The notes: generated by a model from the letters alone, not told the origin. 64,000 nucleotides of DNA from Mobula hypostoma (GCF_963921235.1 NC_086097.1:11718001-11782000), one strand, 5' to 3'. Positions 24,488 to 37,208 are shown, counted from the first letter of the stretch. Program-made: numbers and translations.

Positions 24488-26918
24488 GCATGCTGAATGT
24501 GCAGGAATCTTCCAATGAGGATGACTATCCAAATTATGCGTGAAGAAGTTGAAGCGACAATATAGAACATAGAATAGTACAGCACAGTACAGGCCCTTTG
24601 GCCCACAATGTTGTGCCGACCCTCAAACCCTGCCTCCCATGTAAGCCCCCACCTTAGATTCCTCCATATACCTGTCTAGAAGTCTCTTAAACTTCACTGG
24701 TGTATCTGCCTCCACCACTGACTCAGGCAGTGCATTCCACGCACTAACCACTCTCTGAGTAAAAAACCTTCCTCTAATATCCCCCTTGAACTTCCCACCC
24801 CTTACCTTAAAGCCATGTCCTCTTGTATTGAGCAGTGGTGCCCTGGGGAAGAGGCGCTGGCTATCCACTCTATCTATTCCTCTTATTATCTTGTACACCT
24901 CTATCATGTCTCCTCTCATCCTCCTTCTCTCCAAAGAGTAAAGCCTTAGCTCCCTTAATCTCTGATCATAATGCATACTTTCTAAACCAGGCAACATCCT
25001 GGTAAATCTCCTCTGTTCCCTTTCCAATGCTTCCACATCCTTCCTATAGTGAGGTGACCAGAACTGGACACAATACTCCAAGTGTTGCCTAACCAGAGTT
25101 TTATAGAGCTGCATCATTACATCGTGACTCTTAAACTCTATCCCACGACTTGAAAGCTAACACCCCATAAGCTTTCTTAACTACCCTATCCACCTGTGAG
25201 GCAACTTCCAGGGATCTGTGGACATGTACCCCGAGATCCCTCTGCTCCTCCACACTACCAAGTATCCTGCCATTTACTTTGTACTCTGCCTTGAAGTTTG
25301 TCCTTCCAAAGTGTACCACCTCACACTTCTCCGGGTTGAACTCCATCTGCCACTTCTCAGCCCACTTCTGCATCCTATCAATGTTAATATCAATGTTAAT
25401 ATGATCACTGGAGTGCAGGAAGTCAGCAGGAGTTGACAGCATCCCTGCTGAACTGCTGAAACATGGAGGAGAGGCCACGATAGACATGCTTACCACCATC
25501 TGCAATAAGATCTGGCAGACATGTGAATGGCTGACACCTTGGACTTAGTCGCTGATCATTGTGCTTCCCAAGAAAGGCAATCTCCAACTTTGCCAGAATT
25601 ACCGTACCATCAGTTTGATCAGCCATGTAAGCAAGGTAATGCTCAGAATCATCTTGAACAGACTGAGACCTCAGGCAGAAGACACCATTGCCGAGGAACA
25701 AGCAGGCTTCCGTAAGGGCAGAAGCACCACTGAGCAGATTTTCAACCTCCGCACCCTCTGTGAGGAACACCTTCAGCACCAGAGAGAGTTCTACCACATC
25801 TTCATAGACTTCAAGAAGGCATTTGACAGAGTCTGGCATGATGCCTTATGGGCCACCATGAAGAAATTCAACATGGGGCAGAAGCTGATTCATACAATCC
25901 CTCAGCTTTACACCAAGGCAACCAGTGCAGTGCTCACTCAGGGCATCATCGGGGAGTGGTTCCATACCTCTGTAGGAGTCCGTCAGGGCTGCCTCCTCTC
26001 CCCCACTCTCTTCAGTGTCTTCCTAGAATGAATCATGAGTGTTGCCCTTGAAGATCCTGTGAGCACAGTCAGCATCGGAGGGAGGAACATCACAAACCTA
26101 AGATTTGCTGATGACATTGATGGGCTTGCCGGAAAAGAGGACGAACTGGCCAACCCGGTCAGTCATCTTGACAGAGCCTCCACAAAACTTGGAATGGAAA
26201 TAAGTGCCAAGAAAACCAAGCTCATGGCAAATGCCAATGGTGCCATCACAACAGACATCTCAGTCCATGGTCAGAAACTTGAGATAGTACAGCAGTTCAA
26301 GCACCTGGGGGCAATCATCAGTGATGGAGGATCAAGACCAGAAGTCCTGGCAAGAACCGCACAGACAATGACTGCACTATCCAAACTCAAGACAATATGG
26401 AGGGACAGCAACATCACCATGAAGTACAAGATCAGACTCCTGCGTGCACTGGTATTCTCCATCTTCCTGTACGCATGTGAGACATGGATCCTCACAGCAG
26501 AGCTACAGAGGAAGATAAAGGCATTGGGAATGAGATGCTATCACAACTACTTGGGCATCTCATACTTGGACCACATCACAAACGAGCAGGTCCGCAAGAC
26601 CATCCAGCACCACATTGGCCCCCATGAAGACCTTCTCACAACGGTGAAGAAAAGTAAGCTGAGATGCTATGGCCACGTAACAAGATCCAGTGGCCTTGCA
26701 AAGACTGTTCTACAAGGAACTGTGGAGGGGAGAAGAAGGAGAGGTGGGCAGAGGAAAAGATGGACAGACAACTTTAAAGAATGGACAGGGAAAACATTTG
26801 CGGTGACCCAGGCTCTGGCACACAACCACGACAGATGGAACAGACTGGTGCAAAGCTTGTCATGACAGCACCCTGACGATTTCACCAGGAGTTAAGGACG
26901 CAAGGAAGGAAAGAAGGA
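24488..26918 (+). mobile_element. RTE (BovB-like) LINE, 5'-truncated RT region, interrupted by CR1
   Basis: ORFs 25561-26031 and 26035-26865 are in one frame split by a single TGA: PKKGNL..CQNYRTISLISH, EEQAGFR, GVRQGC.LSP, LRFADD, YACETW; upstream piece (REEVEATI) lies left of the CR1 insert. Confidence 0.9.
24564..25397 (-). mobile_element. CR1 3' portion nested in RTE
   Basis: ORF 24623-25117 LVRQHLEYCVQFW...FFTQRVVSAWN; flanked by aatat at 24559-24563 and 25398-25402. Confidence 0.9.
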
Positions 26919-27534
26919 CTGACAAATTGTACTTGCTCTTGGGCTATTTATCCTTCTCCCATCAGGGAGGGGGCTATGTAGCATCCACAGCAGCACTATC
27001 AGACTCAAAAACAGATATTTTCTGCAACCAGTGAGGCTGATCAATGCCTCCGCCTACTAATCCACCCCTCCACACCCCCAATCACCACTACTTTATCATT
27101 TCCTCTCAGAGTCACATTATAAACAAACAATCCTGTGCCTAGATCACTTTATAGACAGACAATCAATCTATGTAAATAAGCTACCTTATGTATTTATAAT
27201 TATAGTGTTCTTTATCTCGCTGTGTTTTTTGATGCGGCATCAGATTGGGAGCAACAATTACACTGGACTACAAAGATTTTGCTTCCTGAATACTTTTGGG
27301 TGTATCTTATTGAACTTGGGCTTCTGGTCATGAAAGTCACCATGAAATATCCCTATCACACACTAGTTTTTTGAAATTGCCCTATATTTGTTATTTCAAT
27401 ACATAATTCAATTCAGGATATTGAAATTTTAAAATTGATGCCAAATTTAAGGAAGGTATTTTTGTTGGTCCACAAATCAATGACAGGCAATTCAAAGAAC
27501 TTCTAGTGGGACTGGAGAAAATTGCATGGAAGGC

Positions 27535-27782
27535 TTCCCCTCCCCTACCCCTTTATCTTTCTCCTTACTGGTTTTTCACCTGGAACCTACCAGTCTTCTC
27601 TTTCCCACCCTCCCCCCACCTTCTTTATAGGGCCTCTGCCCCTTCCCTCTTCAGTCCTGACGAAGGGTTCCGGTCCGAAACGTTGACTGATCATTTCCAC
27701 GGATGCTGCCCGACCTGCTGAGTTCCTCCAGCATGTTGTGAGTGTTGCTTTGACCCCAGCATCTGCAGAGTATTTTGTGTTT
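27535..27782 (+). mobile_element. Penelope 3' UTR fragment inserted in the Chapaev3 transposase
   Basis: Near-identical to 23830-24034; aggc duplicated at 27531-27534 and 27783-27786; transposase reads through (AWKA|FKDVV) when it is removed. Confidence 0.85.
27651..27690 (+). ncRNA. Minimal type I hammerhead ribozyme motif
   Basis: tcagtc-CTGACGA-a-ggg-ttccgg-tcc-GAAA-cg-TT-gactga; perfect 6-bp stem I, GUU triplet. Confidence 0.75.
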
Positions 27783-28511
27783 AGGCATTCAAGGATGTTG
27801 TTGAAATTTTCATGGCAACTACAGAGCTTCAAATTACTTGCACCTGGTTGACACCATGCTTCAAACATACAAAACCATGAAGTACAACATTTCGCTAAAG
27901 ATTCATTTTTTGCATTCCCATTTGGACTTCTTCCCTGCAAATCTTGGCACTGTCAGTGATGATCATGGTGAAAGGTCACATTGCAGTAATGGATAACGGT
28001 ATCAGGGCAACTGGAATCCATCGATGCTGGCGGATTATTGTTGGACACTTAAGTGAGAAGTGTCAGACACAGTACAAATGAATATCGTCAACAAAACATT
28101 TTTAGCTTTGTTGAACTATTGCAGTGTCAGCACCATTAAGCAATTAAATTCAGTATATTCAATAAAAGTTAATTTCTTGTTTCTCTAAATTCTTACATGA
28201 TGCAAGCAGTCTAAAATTATCTAAAGCTATCTTTGTTTTCTTCAAATGGTCTATCATAAACAGAAAAAAAACATTAACCAATCTTGAATCTTGACCAAAA
28301 CACCTGAACTTTCTAAAACAGGTTTATTTGTGCATTACGCTCTTTTAGCAGAGGCACAGTTAATTTTTTAAGAGCATCACTCCCTATATGCAAACTGTTT
28401 TTAACATCATTTCCTGTGCAGACACTTAAATTCTGATTTGAAGCACAAGGTGGAAGACATTTATCTCCAACCATTCTTTATTTGCCCTTGAAGCAGCAAT
28501 AACAGTGAGTC

Positions 28512-29622
28512 ACAAACAAAATCTACAGATGCTGGAAATCTGAGCAACACACACAAAATGCTGGAGGAACTCAGCAGGCCAGGCACTACCACTACAACTA
28601 CTACGTCGACTCAGGCCTAGCGGGCCGGCGTCGGGCATGATGACGGACTCTCCACTTCTCCCTCTCCCTCATCAGTGTGTTCAGTTCATCTACATTAGCC
28701 GTGCCGCTGTCTTCTAGGAGCGTGCTGACCATTGTCTTGGGAGGGTGCCCAAGGTTCATCCTCCCATGCTTGGGCTCCTATATGATGACTAGGCTGGCAG
28801 GTAGCTCGGGGTGGCGCAGACAGTGCCCCGCAGTCTTCTCACCTCGATTTTAGTGGTGAGCATCGGTAGGTCATCACAGAGCTCAACGTTCGTCATGTGC
28901 TGTTACCAACTCACGTCAATAGCCATCCGGAACATTCGTGTATAGCAACCATCTGGAGACTTTGGCATAGTCTTGGTGAGTGTCCACGTCTCGCATCCAT
29001 ACGTGAGAATGGACTCTGTGACTGCTATGACTCTATGCTAGCTGGTGTGCTGCACGGAGACACTCTGGCATCCTACATCTTTATAATCGTCCTTGATTAC
29101 GCTCTACGTCAAGCTACCAAAGATCATGAGAGGCTTGGTTTTACCATAAAACCAGGACAAACCAAAAGAGTCAGACCAGTTATGCTCACAGATCTCGATT
29201 TTGCAGATGACATAGTCCTGCTCTCTGACCAGATGGAGGAAGCACAGCAGCTGCTGACAAAAGTGGAAATTGAGTGCAATAAATTTGGACTTCACCTAAA
29301 CGCTAAAAAGACAGAGTACATGGCGTTTAACTGCAATGAAGGTACTCTCAAGACCGTAAAGAATGATACCATTAAGAAAGTCTTTGACTACAAGTACCTC
29401 GGGTCAAGAATGATGAGTTCGGAGAAGGACATAAAGATACAGAAGGTGCTGGCGTGGAGGGCTATGAACGACGTGAAGGAAATCTGGAAGTCGAACCTGA
29501 CCAGAGGGCTTGAAAAGAGAATCTTCATAGCATAGCAGACATAGCAGTCATAGGGGCCAGGCAGCATCTGTGGAAAAGACTAAACAGTTAACATTTCAGG
29601 TTGAGGTCCTTCATCAGGACTG
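28512..29622 (-). mobile_element. Penelope terminal fragment split by an RTE insertion
   Basis: 28512-28585 and 29555-29622 are contiguous Penelope 3' sequence; decayed hammerhead at 29585-29622. Confidence 0.75.
28586..29554 (-). mobile_element. RTE LINE with 5' inversion
   Basis: Minus arm 28586-29035 (IAVTESILTYGCETWTL, (gta)n tail); plus arm 29040-29535 (GVLHGD, DFADD, YKYLGS); TSD ggccaggca (28577-28585, 29555-29563). Confidence 0.85.
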
Positions 29623-29645
29623 TGAGTCTTAAATTTTTGGTAATA

Positions 29646-30893
29646 CAGTGGATTCTGGTTAATTGGTCCTTTCTCATGGATGTCCCGTTGATTAATCGGG
29701 GCAGCAGCTTTTAGGGAAAACTCTTAAAGAAACTAATTGAAAAAATAGCTGGGGTTCCATTAGTTTATTTGGGACCTGAAGTTGCTTAATTGAAGCAGGA
29801 GACTGTTGCCAAATAGTTTCTAGCTACTGTCATTATCGTGCTTTTGCATGGCCATTAGAAACAATACCGAGCTTCAGGCGAATAGTTCTTAAATAGCGTC
29901 ATTTGATTGTGTTTGCGTTCAAAAGGCAGTGATTTTTGTCACTAATAACTGGCATGAAATAAGCAATAAGACAATTCAGAACTGTTTTGCTCATTGCGGT
30001 TTCAAACAGTCAGGGTTAGAAATGGCTGGGAATAAAAATGAAACAATTTCACGACTTCAACAAGTCAGAAACTATGAAGAATTTGAAGTGTCAACAATTA
30101 TCTTGAATGTTATAATGAAATTGAAGATTTGGAGGATGTAATCATCAACGGCATTGTATGAAGCCAGTTCTTTATCTACTCCAGATATCTACACTAATTT
30201 TGTTCATTTACAGTCAAAAGAAGACAACACAGATTAATTCCTTCATTGATAAGTATTCAGAACTAATACACAGTTTCATTGTATTGCAGTAGAATTTGCA
30301 GTGGACTTTTAATTTGCTCTAAATTTCATTTAAATAGATAATTTGTAACTCAGTTTGCCCTTTTTACCCCTATTTCCATGAAACCAGCTAATTGGGGCAG
30401 CCGTTTAACTGGGCCGAAACGTACAGCGCTGTTGAATGAATTAAATTGCCGGAGGAAAGTACTGGTAGGTCCAAAGCAGCTTCTTTATTTGACAGCACAA
30501 GGTACAGCAGGCATCATATGCAGACACTTTCGGTGGAAAGGTTTGGCTGGCCCAATATAGGGCTCGCTATTCTATGTGCTAATCATCAAAGGCAATTCCA
30601 TATTTACAATGTTTGGACAATGCTTTCTTTGAAACTACACACAAACTTCACACCTCCCAATTCACACCCACACTACAGGCATCCAAATGAATTTTAATCA
30701 GCATTGCCTTGGTCTGGGATTCATGGCTTTTAGGAACCCAATGTTCAGAGCTGCATTCCAAACTAAATTGACAATATACATTCAGATGTGAAGACTGATA
30801 GACAAAGTTATTTGCTAAACGTAAATGTGCTAAACCCAAAAAATTGCTCTAACATACTGGTCCCGATGTGTCTCAATTAACCAGAACCCACCG
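29646..30893 (+). mobile_element. Tigger/pogo-like DNA transposon, internally deleted
   Basis: TA|CAGTGGATTCTGGTTAATTG ... CAATTAACCAGAACCCACCG|TA; remnant WHEISNKTIQNCFAHCGF resembles the Tigger C-terminal motif. Confidence 0.75.
30430..30854. mobile_element. Putative solo LTR inside the Tigger right end
   Basis: TG...CA bounded 425-bp insert separating the Tigger subterminal sequence from its TIR; no clean TSD. Confidence 0.35.
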
Positions 30894-32010
30894 TATTGCT
30901 AAATATGTAGTCAATATATTTTGAATAAAATATTATGTTCAGGTTTATCTTTGCACCACCTGCTTACACTGTATAGTTATGGAGTGTTATGTACGTGCAC
31001 CACCCTTGGTTAACACCTGTTGTGAGAATACTCAACAATATTAGTGCGTTAAGGCGCACAATGATTCTGTGTTGAATTCCATACATATTTTACTTAACTC
31101 GCTGCAGTTTCACAAGAAAAAAGAAATCTCATTTAAAAACCTCGAAAGAAAGCTTCCATCCTGGGTGATTTTTGAGAAGTTGTTTAGCTCACTGCATAGT
31201 TGTGTCCACACACATGCTGAGGGCAGTAGGACATAACTAGCTTATAGTAATCTTTAAAGCTTTTCATTGTACAGCTCTGCAAAACAACAATTTTCACAAC
31301 ATATTTCATAACATATATCAGTGATTATAGATAATAGATCAAGATTCAAATTCTGATTTACATGTTGGATGCTCACTCAAAAAGTGGCAGCCATTGAGTT
31401 ATGAGCAGATTGGGGAAACAAACAAGATAGGGGTTCCCTAATAATTATTAAGCATATAGAATAAGAATATCTATAAACTGTGGATAATGGACATTTGAAC
31501 TAAAACAAAAAATGCTGGAAACACCAGGTTAGCTGTATCTGTGGAAAGAAAAGCAGATTTAAAGTTCAAATTTTATGGTACATTTATTATCAAAGTATGT
31601 TTACATTAGACACCCTTGAGATTTGTCTCCTACAGGCAGCCACGAAACAAGAAACCTGAAAGAACTCATTTACAAAAAGACTAACAATGTACAGAGAGAG
31701 ACAAAAAAAGCACAAACTGTGCAAACATTAAAAGCAAGTAACAGCTTTCAGAATAAAAGCAAGTCTATAGACGTGAAGCCCAGAGCAGCTGGAAATGGCC
31801 AAAGCCTCAGCCATTGCCAGGGAGAGCAGAGTATACACTGCAGAGCAGCTGGCAGAACTGGCCTGACCCTCTGCTCTGGTCCTGACACCCTGCTTTTTCA
31901 ATGCATTCAGCCCGGAGTTTAAATCATCCAACCATTGGGTTGTTCCTCGCACTAGGACCTGTCGCATCGATACGCTCTGTTCCTGGACCCTGCCACCATG
32001 TTCTAGCCCG

Positions 32011-32885
32011 TACTTACTTTACTTATTGTTGCCAAACAATTGATACTAGAATGTACAATCATCACAGTGATATTTGATTCTGCACTTTCCGCTCCCTGGA
32101 TTACAAATATTAAATAATAAAAACAGTAACAATTAGTAAATATTAAACATTTAAATTATAAACCATAAATAAAAAAGAAAAATGGAAAGTAAGGTAGTGC
32201 AAAAAAACCGAGAGGCAGGTCCGGATATTTGGAGGGTACAGCCCAGATCCGGGTCAGGATCCGTTCAGCAGTCTTATCACAGTTGGAAAGAAGCTGTTCC
32301 CAAATCTGGTTGTACGAGTCTTCAAGCTCCTGAGCCTTCTCCCGGAGGGAAGAGGGACGAAAAGTGTGTTGGCTGGGTGGGTCGTGTCCTTGATTATCCT
32401 GGCAGCACTGCTCCGACAGCGTGCGGTGTAAAGTGAGTCCACGGACGGAAGATTGGTTTGTGTGATGTGCTGCTCCATGTTCACGATCTTCTGCAGCTTC
32501 TTCTGGTCTTGGACAGGACAACTTCCATACCAGGTTGTGATGCACCCTGGAAGAATGCTTTCTACGGTGCATCTATAAAAATTAGTGAGGGTTTTAGGGG
32601 ACAGGCCAAATTTCTTTAGTTTTCTCAGGAAGTAAAGGTGCTGGTGGGCCTTCTTGGCAGTGGACTCTGCTTGGTTGGACCAAGTCAGGTCATTTGTGAT
32701 ATTGACCCCGAGGAACTTAAAGCTTTTGACCTGTTCCACTTGCGCACCACCGATGTAAATTGGGTCATGTAGTCCGCTACTCCTTCTGAAGTTAACAACC
32801 AATTCCTTCGTCTTGCTGATGTTGAGGGATAGGTTATTGTCTTCGCACCATGCCACCAGGTTCTTAACTTCCTCTCTGTACTCAA
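32011..32885 (-). mobile_element. Rex1/Babar-clade LINE 3' part
   Basis: ORF 32254-32898 WCEDNNLSLNISKTKELVV...LYFLRKLKKF...YRCTVESIL. Confidence 0.85.
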
Positions 32886-33619
32886 ACTCCGTACCCAACC
32901 TTTCCTGACTTTTTGAATTTCAGGAGGAAACATCCTTCAACAGAACATCAGAATGAAGAAAGCAAGCAGGCGTTAAGTTCAAATTCAGATTAGGATTCAG
33001 GTTTGTTTATCAGGTGTACGTCGAGACCTACAGTGAAATACATCACATGTATTTACAACCAACACACCCGAGGATGTGCTGGGGGAAGCCCTCATGTGTT
33101 GCCACATATTCCGGCACCAACGTAACCTGCCCACAATGTTCAGCAGAGCAACACAAGCAACAGCAACAGTCAAACGAGCCCCTTTCCCATCCTTGCATAC
33201 ACCCAGTCAGACCTTCAAGTATCAGAAATGGGGAAGAAAGGTGTAAAGAAAGGGGTGGGATGGAGATTAAGATGGCCATCAGTAACCGAGAGCACTCAGC
33301 AAACACACACCTTACACACGTGCAGTCACTCACTCACAAACATTGTCTTGTCCTTCTGCTGTCGTTGTGGTGAGTGTACACACTCCAAAGTCTTCCCTGT
33401 GTATTCTCACTAACCCACTGTATTCTCTCCACATTGCTACATACATTCAGAGCCAGACACTAAAGTTTAGTTTAATTTTATTCTTTATTTGCACTTAACT
33501 GTGCAATTGTGTGCAATTGTGTTGAGATTTCTGCTGTTTCACTGCTTGGTCCTAGACTGAAATAATGCGCTCGGGTTGGCTTTACAGTAGCTTTCCCACC
33601 ATGCATGGCAGAATATTCA

Positions 33620-34510
33620 CAAACAAGAGAAAATAATCCAAGCAACATACACACAATGTTGGAGGAACTCAGCAGGCTTGGCAGCATGAATGGAAAAGTG
33701 TACAGTTGACATTTCGGGCCGAGACCCTTCATCAAAAGATGAGAAGTAGGAGTTAGGAGGTGGGGGCAGGGAGGACGAAACACGTGGTGATAGGTGGAGC
33801 TGGGAGGGGTGAAATAAAGAGCTGGGAAATTGATTGGTGCAAGAGTTACAGGGCTGGAGAAGGTGGAATCTGATAGGAGAGGACAGAAGGCCACGGAAGT
33901 AAAAGAAAAGGGGGAGGAGCACCAGAGGGAAGTGATAGGCAGGAAAGGAGATAAGGTGAGAGAGGTAAATGGGAATAGGGAATGGTGAAGGGGGGCATTA
34001 CTGGAAGTATGGAAAAACAATACTCGTGCCATTAGGTTGGAGGCTACCCAGGCAGACTATAAGGTGTTGCTCCTTCAGTCTCAGCATGTCTTCATCGCAA
34101 CAGTAGAGGAGGCCATGGATTGACATAATGGAATGGGAATGGGAAGTGGAATTAAAATGGATGGCTACTGGGAGACCCCACTTGTCTGGCAGACAGAGTA
34201 TAGGTGCTCGGCAAAGCTGTCTCTGAATTTACGTCAGGTCTCACCGATACGCAGGAGGCCACAGTGGGAGCACCAGATACAGTAGGTGACCCCAACAGAC
34301 CCACAGGTGAAGTGTCACCTCACCTGGAAGGACTGTTTGGGACCCTGAATGATGGTGAGGGAGGAGGTGTAGCACTTGTTCCGCTTGCAAGGATAAGTGC
34401 CAGGAGGGAGATCGGTGGGTGATGGAGTCACGTAGGGAGTGATCCCTGCAGAAAGCAAGAAGTAGGTGGTGGGGGGGAAGATACACTTGGTGGTGGGATC
34501 CCTTTGGAGA
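33620..34510 (-). mobile_element. Penelope-like element fragment
   Basis: Decayed Cys-rich linker and GIY-YIG region (GPKQSFQV, YC.WCS.CGLL.IGET) plus 3' UTR with partial hammerhead at 33703-33734. Confidence 0.8.
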
Positions 34511-34515
34511 AAGGA

Positions 34516-34640
34516 GAATCCTGGAGTTTTGGAAGGGACTGAGGTGGATCTAAAATCTGGGAGTTGTGGAAGGGACTGGGATAGGAACTAGAATCATGGA
34601 GTTGTGGAAGGGACTGGGATAGGGACTAGAATCCCAGAGT
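34516..34640 (+). repeat. Minisatellite, approx. 37-bp unit x3
   Basis: gaatc..ggagttgtggaagggactgggatagg.acta repeated. Confidence 0.75.
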
Positions 34641-34835
34641 AGCAGTAGAATATTCCATTTCTTTTGTAATGTGGAGGTATAAATATGTATATGTTGTTTG
34701 TATACTGTATTTAAGGTAGATACTTCTGTTCATTTTGTAATATGATTATAACTGCATTGCGGGGTGCATCATATTCTAATTCATGTGTAGTCTTCAGTTA
34801 ACTTTAAGGGTAATAAAAGATAGTATGTCCTGCTG

Positions 34836-35200
34836 CCTAATAAAAGCAGCTTATCACTCTCAGTGAGAGAGAAAGATCAGGGCAGCCAGGAGTTTACACT
34901 GGACAAGAATAAGTATGGCGTTACTGTTGTATTTAATTGTAGATATCATTTTGTAAATGTTGCTATTTTTCGTTTCACTATTTTCACTCATTTTTTAAAG
35001 TTTGATTTTTGACGCTCCTAATAAAAAGAGCTCATCGCCCTCAATGTGAAAGAAAGGGAGATCAGGGCTACCAGGAGTTCGCACTGGACAAAAATAAGTA
35101 CTGGGGTGTTTCCTTGCAGATAAAATGTTGTAAATATTGGCATTTTTCTTTGCACTATGTTCACTAATTTTGGTAAGTTTAATTTTGACACAGCTAATAA
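34836..35200 (+). repeat. Diverged tandem dimer, approx. 180-bp unit
   Basis: cctaataaaa..agatcagggc..ccaggagtt..cactggacaa.aataagta occurs twice; a third unit begins ctaataaa near 35194. Confidence 0.75.
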
Positions 35201-35614
35201 ACACACTTGCACTAAAGTGGTAAGCGATTTCAGCCATTTTTTCTTTGATCATAACCCACACTTCGAACACAGTCTGATACGTTGTTTTCTAGCTAATGGA
35301 TGAACGAAGTTAGTTAGACAGAGAAATAAATAGAAGAGCTTACTGGGACTCTAAGAATCGAACACGGCAATTCCTAAAAATCTAAAATAAAAGAAAAAGC
35401 TGTATAAATGTATGCTGTATGGAGTGCCTATACATATGGCATATGCATATTTTCTGTAGTTGTTCAAAAACAGTTAAGTTTAATTTTGTGAATTTCACTT
35501 GTAACACTCCTAGAAGGTTACAGTCCCAATCAACACAGTTCCAGGTTAAACTGTGAGGCTGGGAGTGCCTTGTGCCAGTGTTGAATATAAAGGGAATATT
35601 TAAAATCAAAGAGA

Positions 35615-35878
35615 AATGGATATAAAAGATCACCATTTTGATGAAGACCAGTGGAGTTCTTACAAGTATACTGGTCAACATTACACCCGTGCTAAACAGA
35701 AATTATCTGTGTGCTGGCAGAGCGTGGTTTATGTGCCTTTGCTGCGTGCAGATTGGCTGCCATATTTGCTGCCTAATAACAAATACTACAGAACTGCTTG
35801 GACCATATAATTAGCTGTAAAGCCCTCTGCACCATCCTGAGGTTATGAAAGGTTGCTATGTAAATGTGAACCTTTTCC
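35615..35878 (+). mobile_element. Ancient Deu-domain SINE relic (AmnSINE1/SacSINE1-like)
   Basis: Blocks tggatataaaagatc, ttttgatgaaga.cag.ggagttct, ttgctgcgtgcagattggctgcc, gctgtaaagc, tcctgaggttatgaaagg..gctatgtaaatg resemble the DeuSINE consensus as I recall it. Confidence 0.6.
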
Positions 35879-36359
35879 TTCACATTGCAGTTGTAGTTTG
35901 AGTTCAAAGTGAGAAAAGCTCCACAGGCAATCACAATTTTAAAATGAGCCAATTCAATTTACTGTAGGTCAAAATCTTGATAAACACATATGCCATTTGG
36001 ATCTGCTTAGATTAGGAGTCCTATAAACTGTAGTTAAATTTAACTAATTTGGAAACCTTTGTAGCATAGCCCATTTAATCATCCACTCAGCAATTAAATC
36101 TAAACACACAAAAAAATTAGAAAGCCACTTAACAAAACCCTGAAATTTACACAGAAGTGATTAGACTTCCAGTGAATAGTGCTGTCTCTGGATGGAATTT
36201 GTCAGAGTATTGGCTGTGTTAATTAAATGTGGTGAACTGAAAGCAACATCTCCTTAGATTAGGAATCCTTACTTCAGGTAATCAAAGAAAATTTTGCAAT
36301 ATATTTGTAAGAAATTAAAAATGGATCAGATATTGACAATTTTTTCTCGCAAACTTCTA

Positions 36360-36910
36360 CAGATGTACTGAGGTTGCATCACTGTCTGGTATGGAGGGGT
36401 TACTACACAAGATTGGTAAAAGCTGCAAAAAGTTTCAACCTCAGCCAGCTGCATCATGGGCACTAACATATCCAGCATCGTGGACATCTTTAAAAGGTGA
36501 TGCCTCAAAAATCTGACATTCGTCATTAAAGACCCTGATCACCCAGGACATGCCATCTTTTCATTGCTACCATCAAGGAGGGGATACAGGAGCCTGAAGA
36601 CACATAATCAACATTTCAGGAACAGCTTCTTCCCTTCCACCATCAGATTTCTGAATGGACAATGAACCCTGGTACAATACATCACTATTTTCATCATTCT
36701 TTTTTCAGAACTTAATAAATATAATAATCCATCATTGGATTATTGAATGGACAGTGAACTCTACTTCTCTATTTCTCTTTTTGTTCTCTCTCTCTCTCTA
36801 TATATATATAGTAATTAGTTTTTATTATTATGTATTGCACTGAACTGCTGCCACAAAACAACAAATGTTATGACATATGCCAGTAATATTAAACCTGATT
36901 CTGATTCTGA
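36360..36910 (+). mobile_element. Rex1/Babar-type 3' end
   Basis: GCITVWYGG, IKDPDHPGHAIFSLLPSRR, FRNSFFPSTIRFLN remnants; (tgattc)n tail. Confidence 0.75.
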
Positions 36911-37100
36911 TATTGACCACAAGGACACATTTTGAGATATTCAGTGTTCATTCTTCGTCATTCTCTATAAGTTATTTAGATACCTAGACCAACAGAGTAC
37001 CAAGCTGGGACTAGCCCTATATCGAAAACTTTTAAATGAAGTTACCTTTCTTTTATGATTATTCGTAGTGAATCGAAGTGAAACAATTATTAGATTGTCA

Positions 37101-37208
37101 GAAACGTCGACTGTACCTGTTCCAATAGATGCTGCTTGGCCTGCTGCGTTCACCAGCAACTTTTATGTGTGTTGCTTGAAATTCCAGCATCTGCAGATTT
37201 CCTCGTGT
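37101..37208 (+). mobile_element. Penelope 3'-terminal micro-fragment starting inside the hammerhead
   Basis: gaaacgtcgactgtacc...ctgcagatttcctcgtgt, closely matching the reverse complement of 1700-1808. Confidence 0.8.

Larger units (their letters stand above)
27261..28260 (+). mobile_element. Chapaev3-like (CMC) DNA transposon remnant
   Basis: Starts tta|CACTG; decayed transposase C-terminus KEGIFVGPQI...SLKIHFLHSHLDFFPANLGTVSDDHGER...RYQGNWNPSMLADYCWTL; right end not found. Confidence 0.75.
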
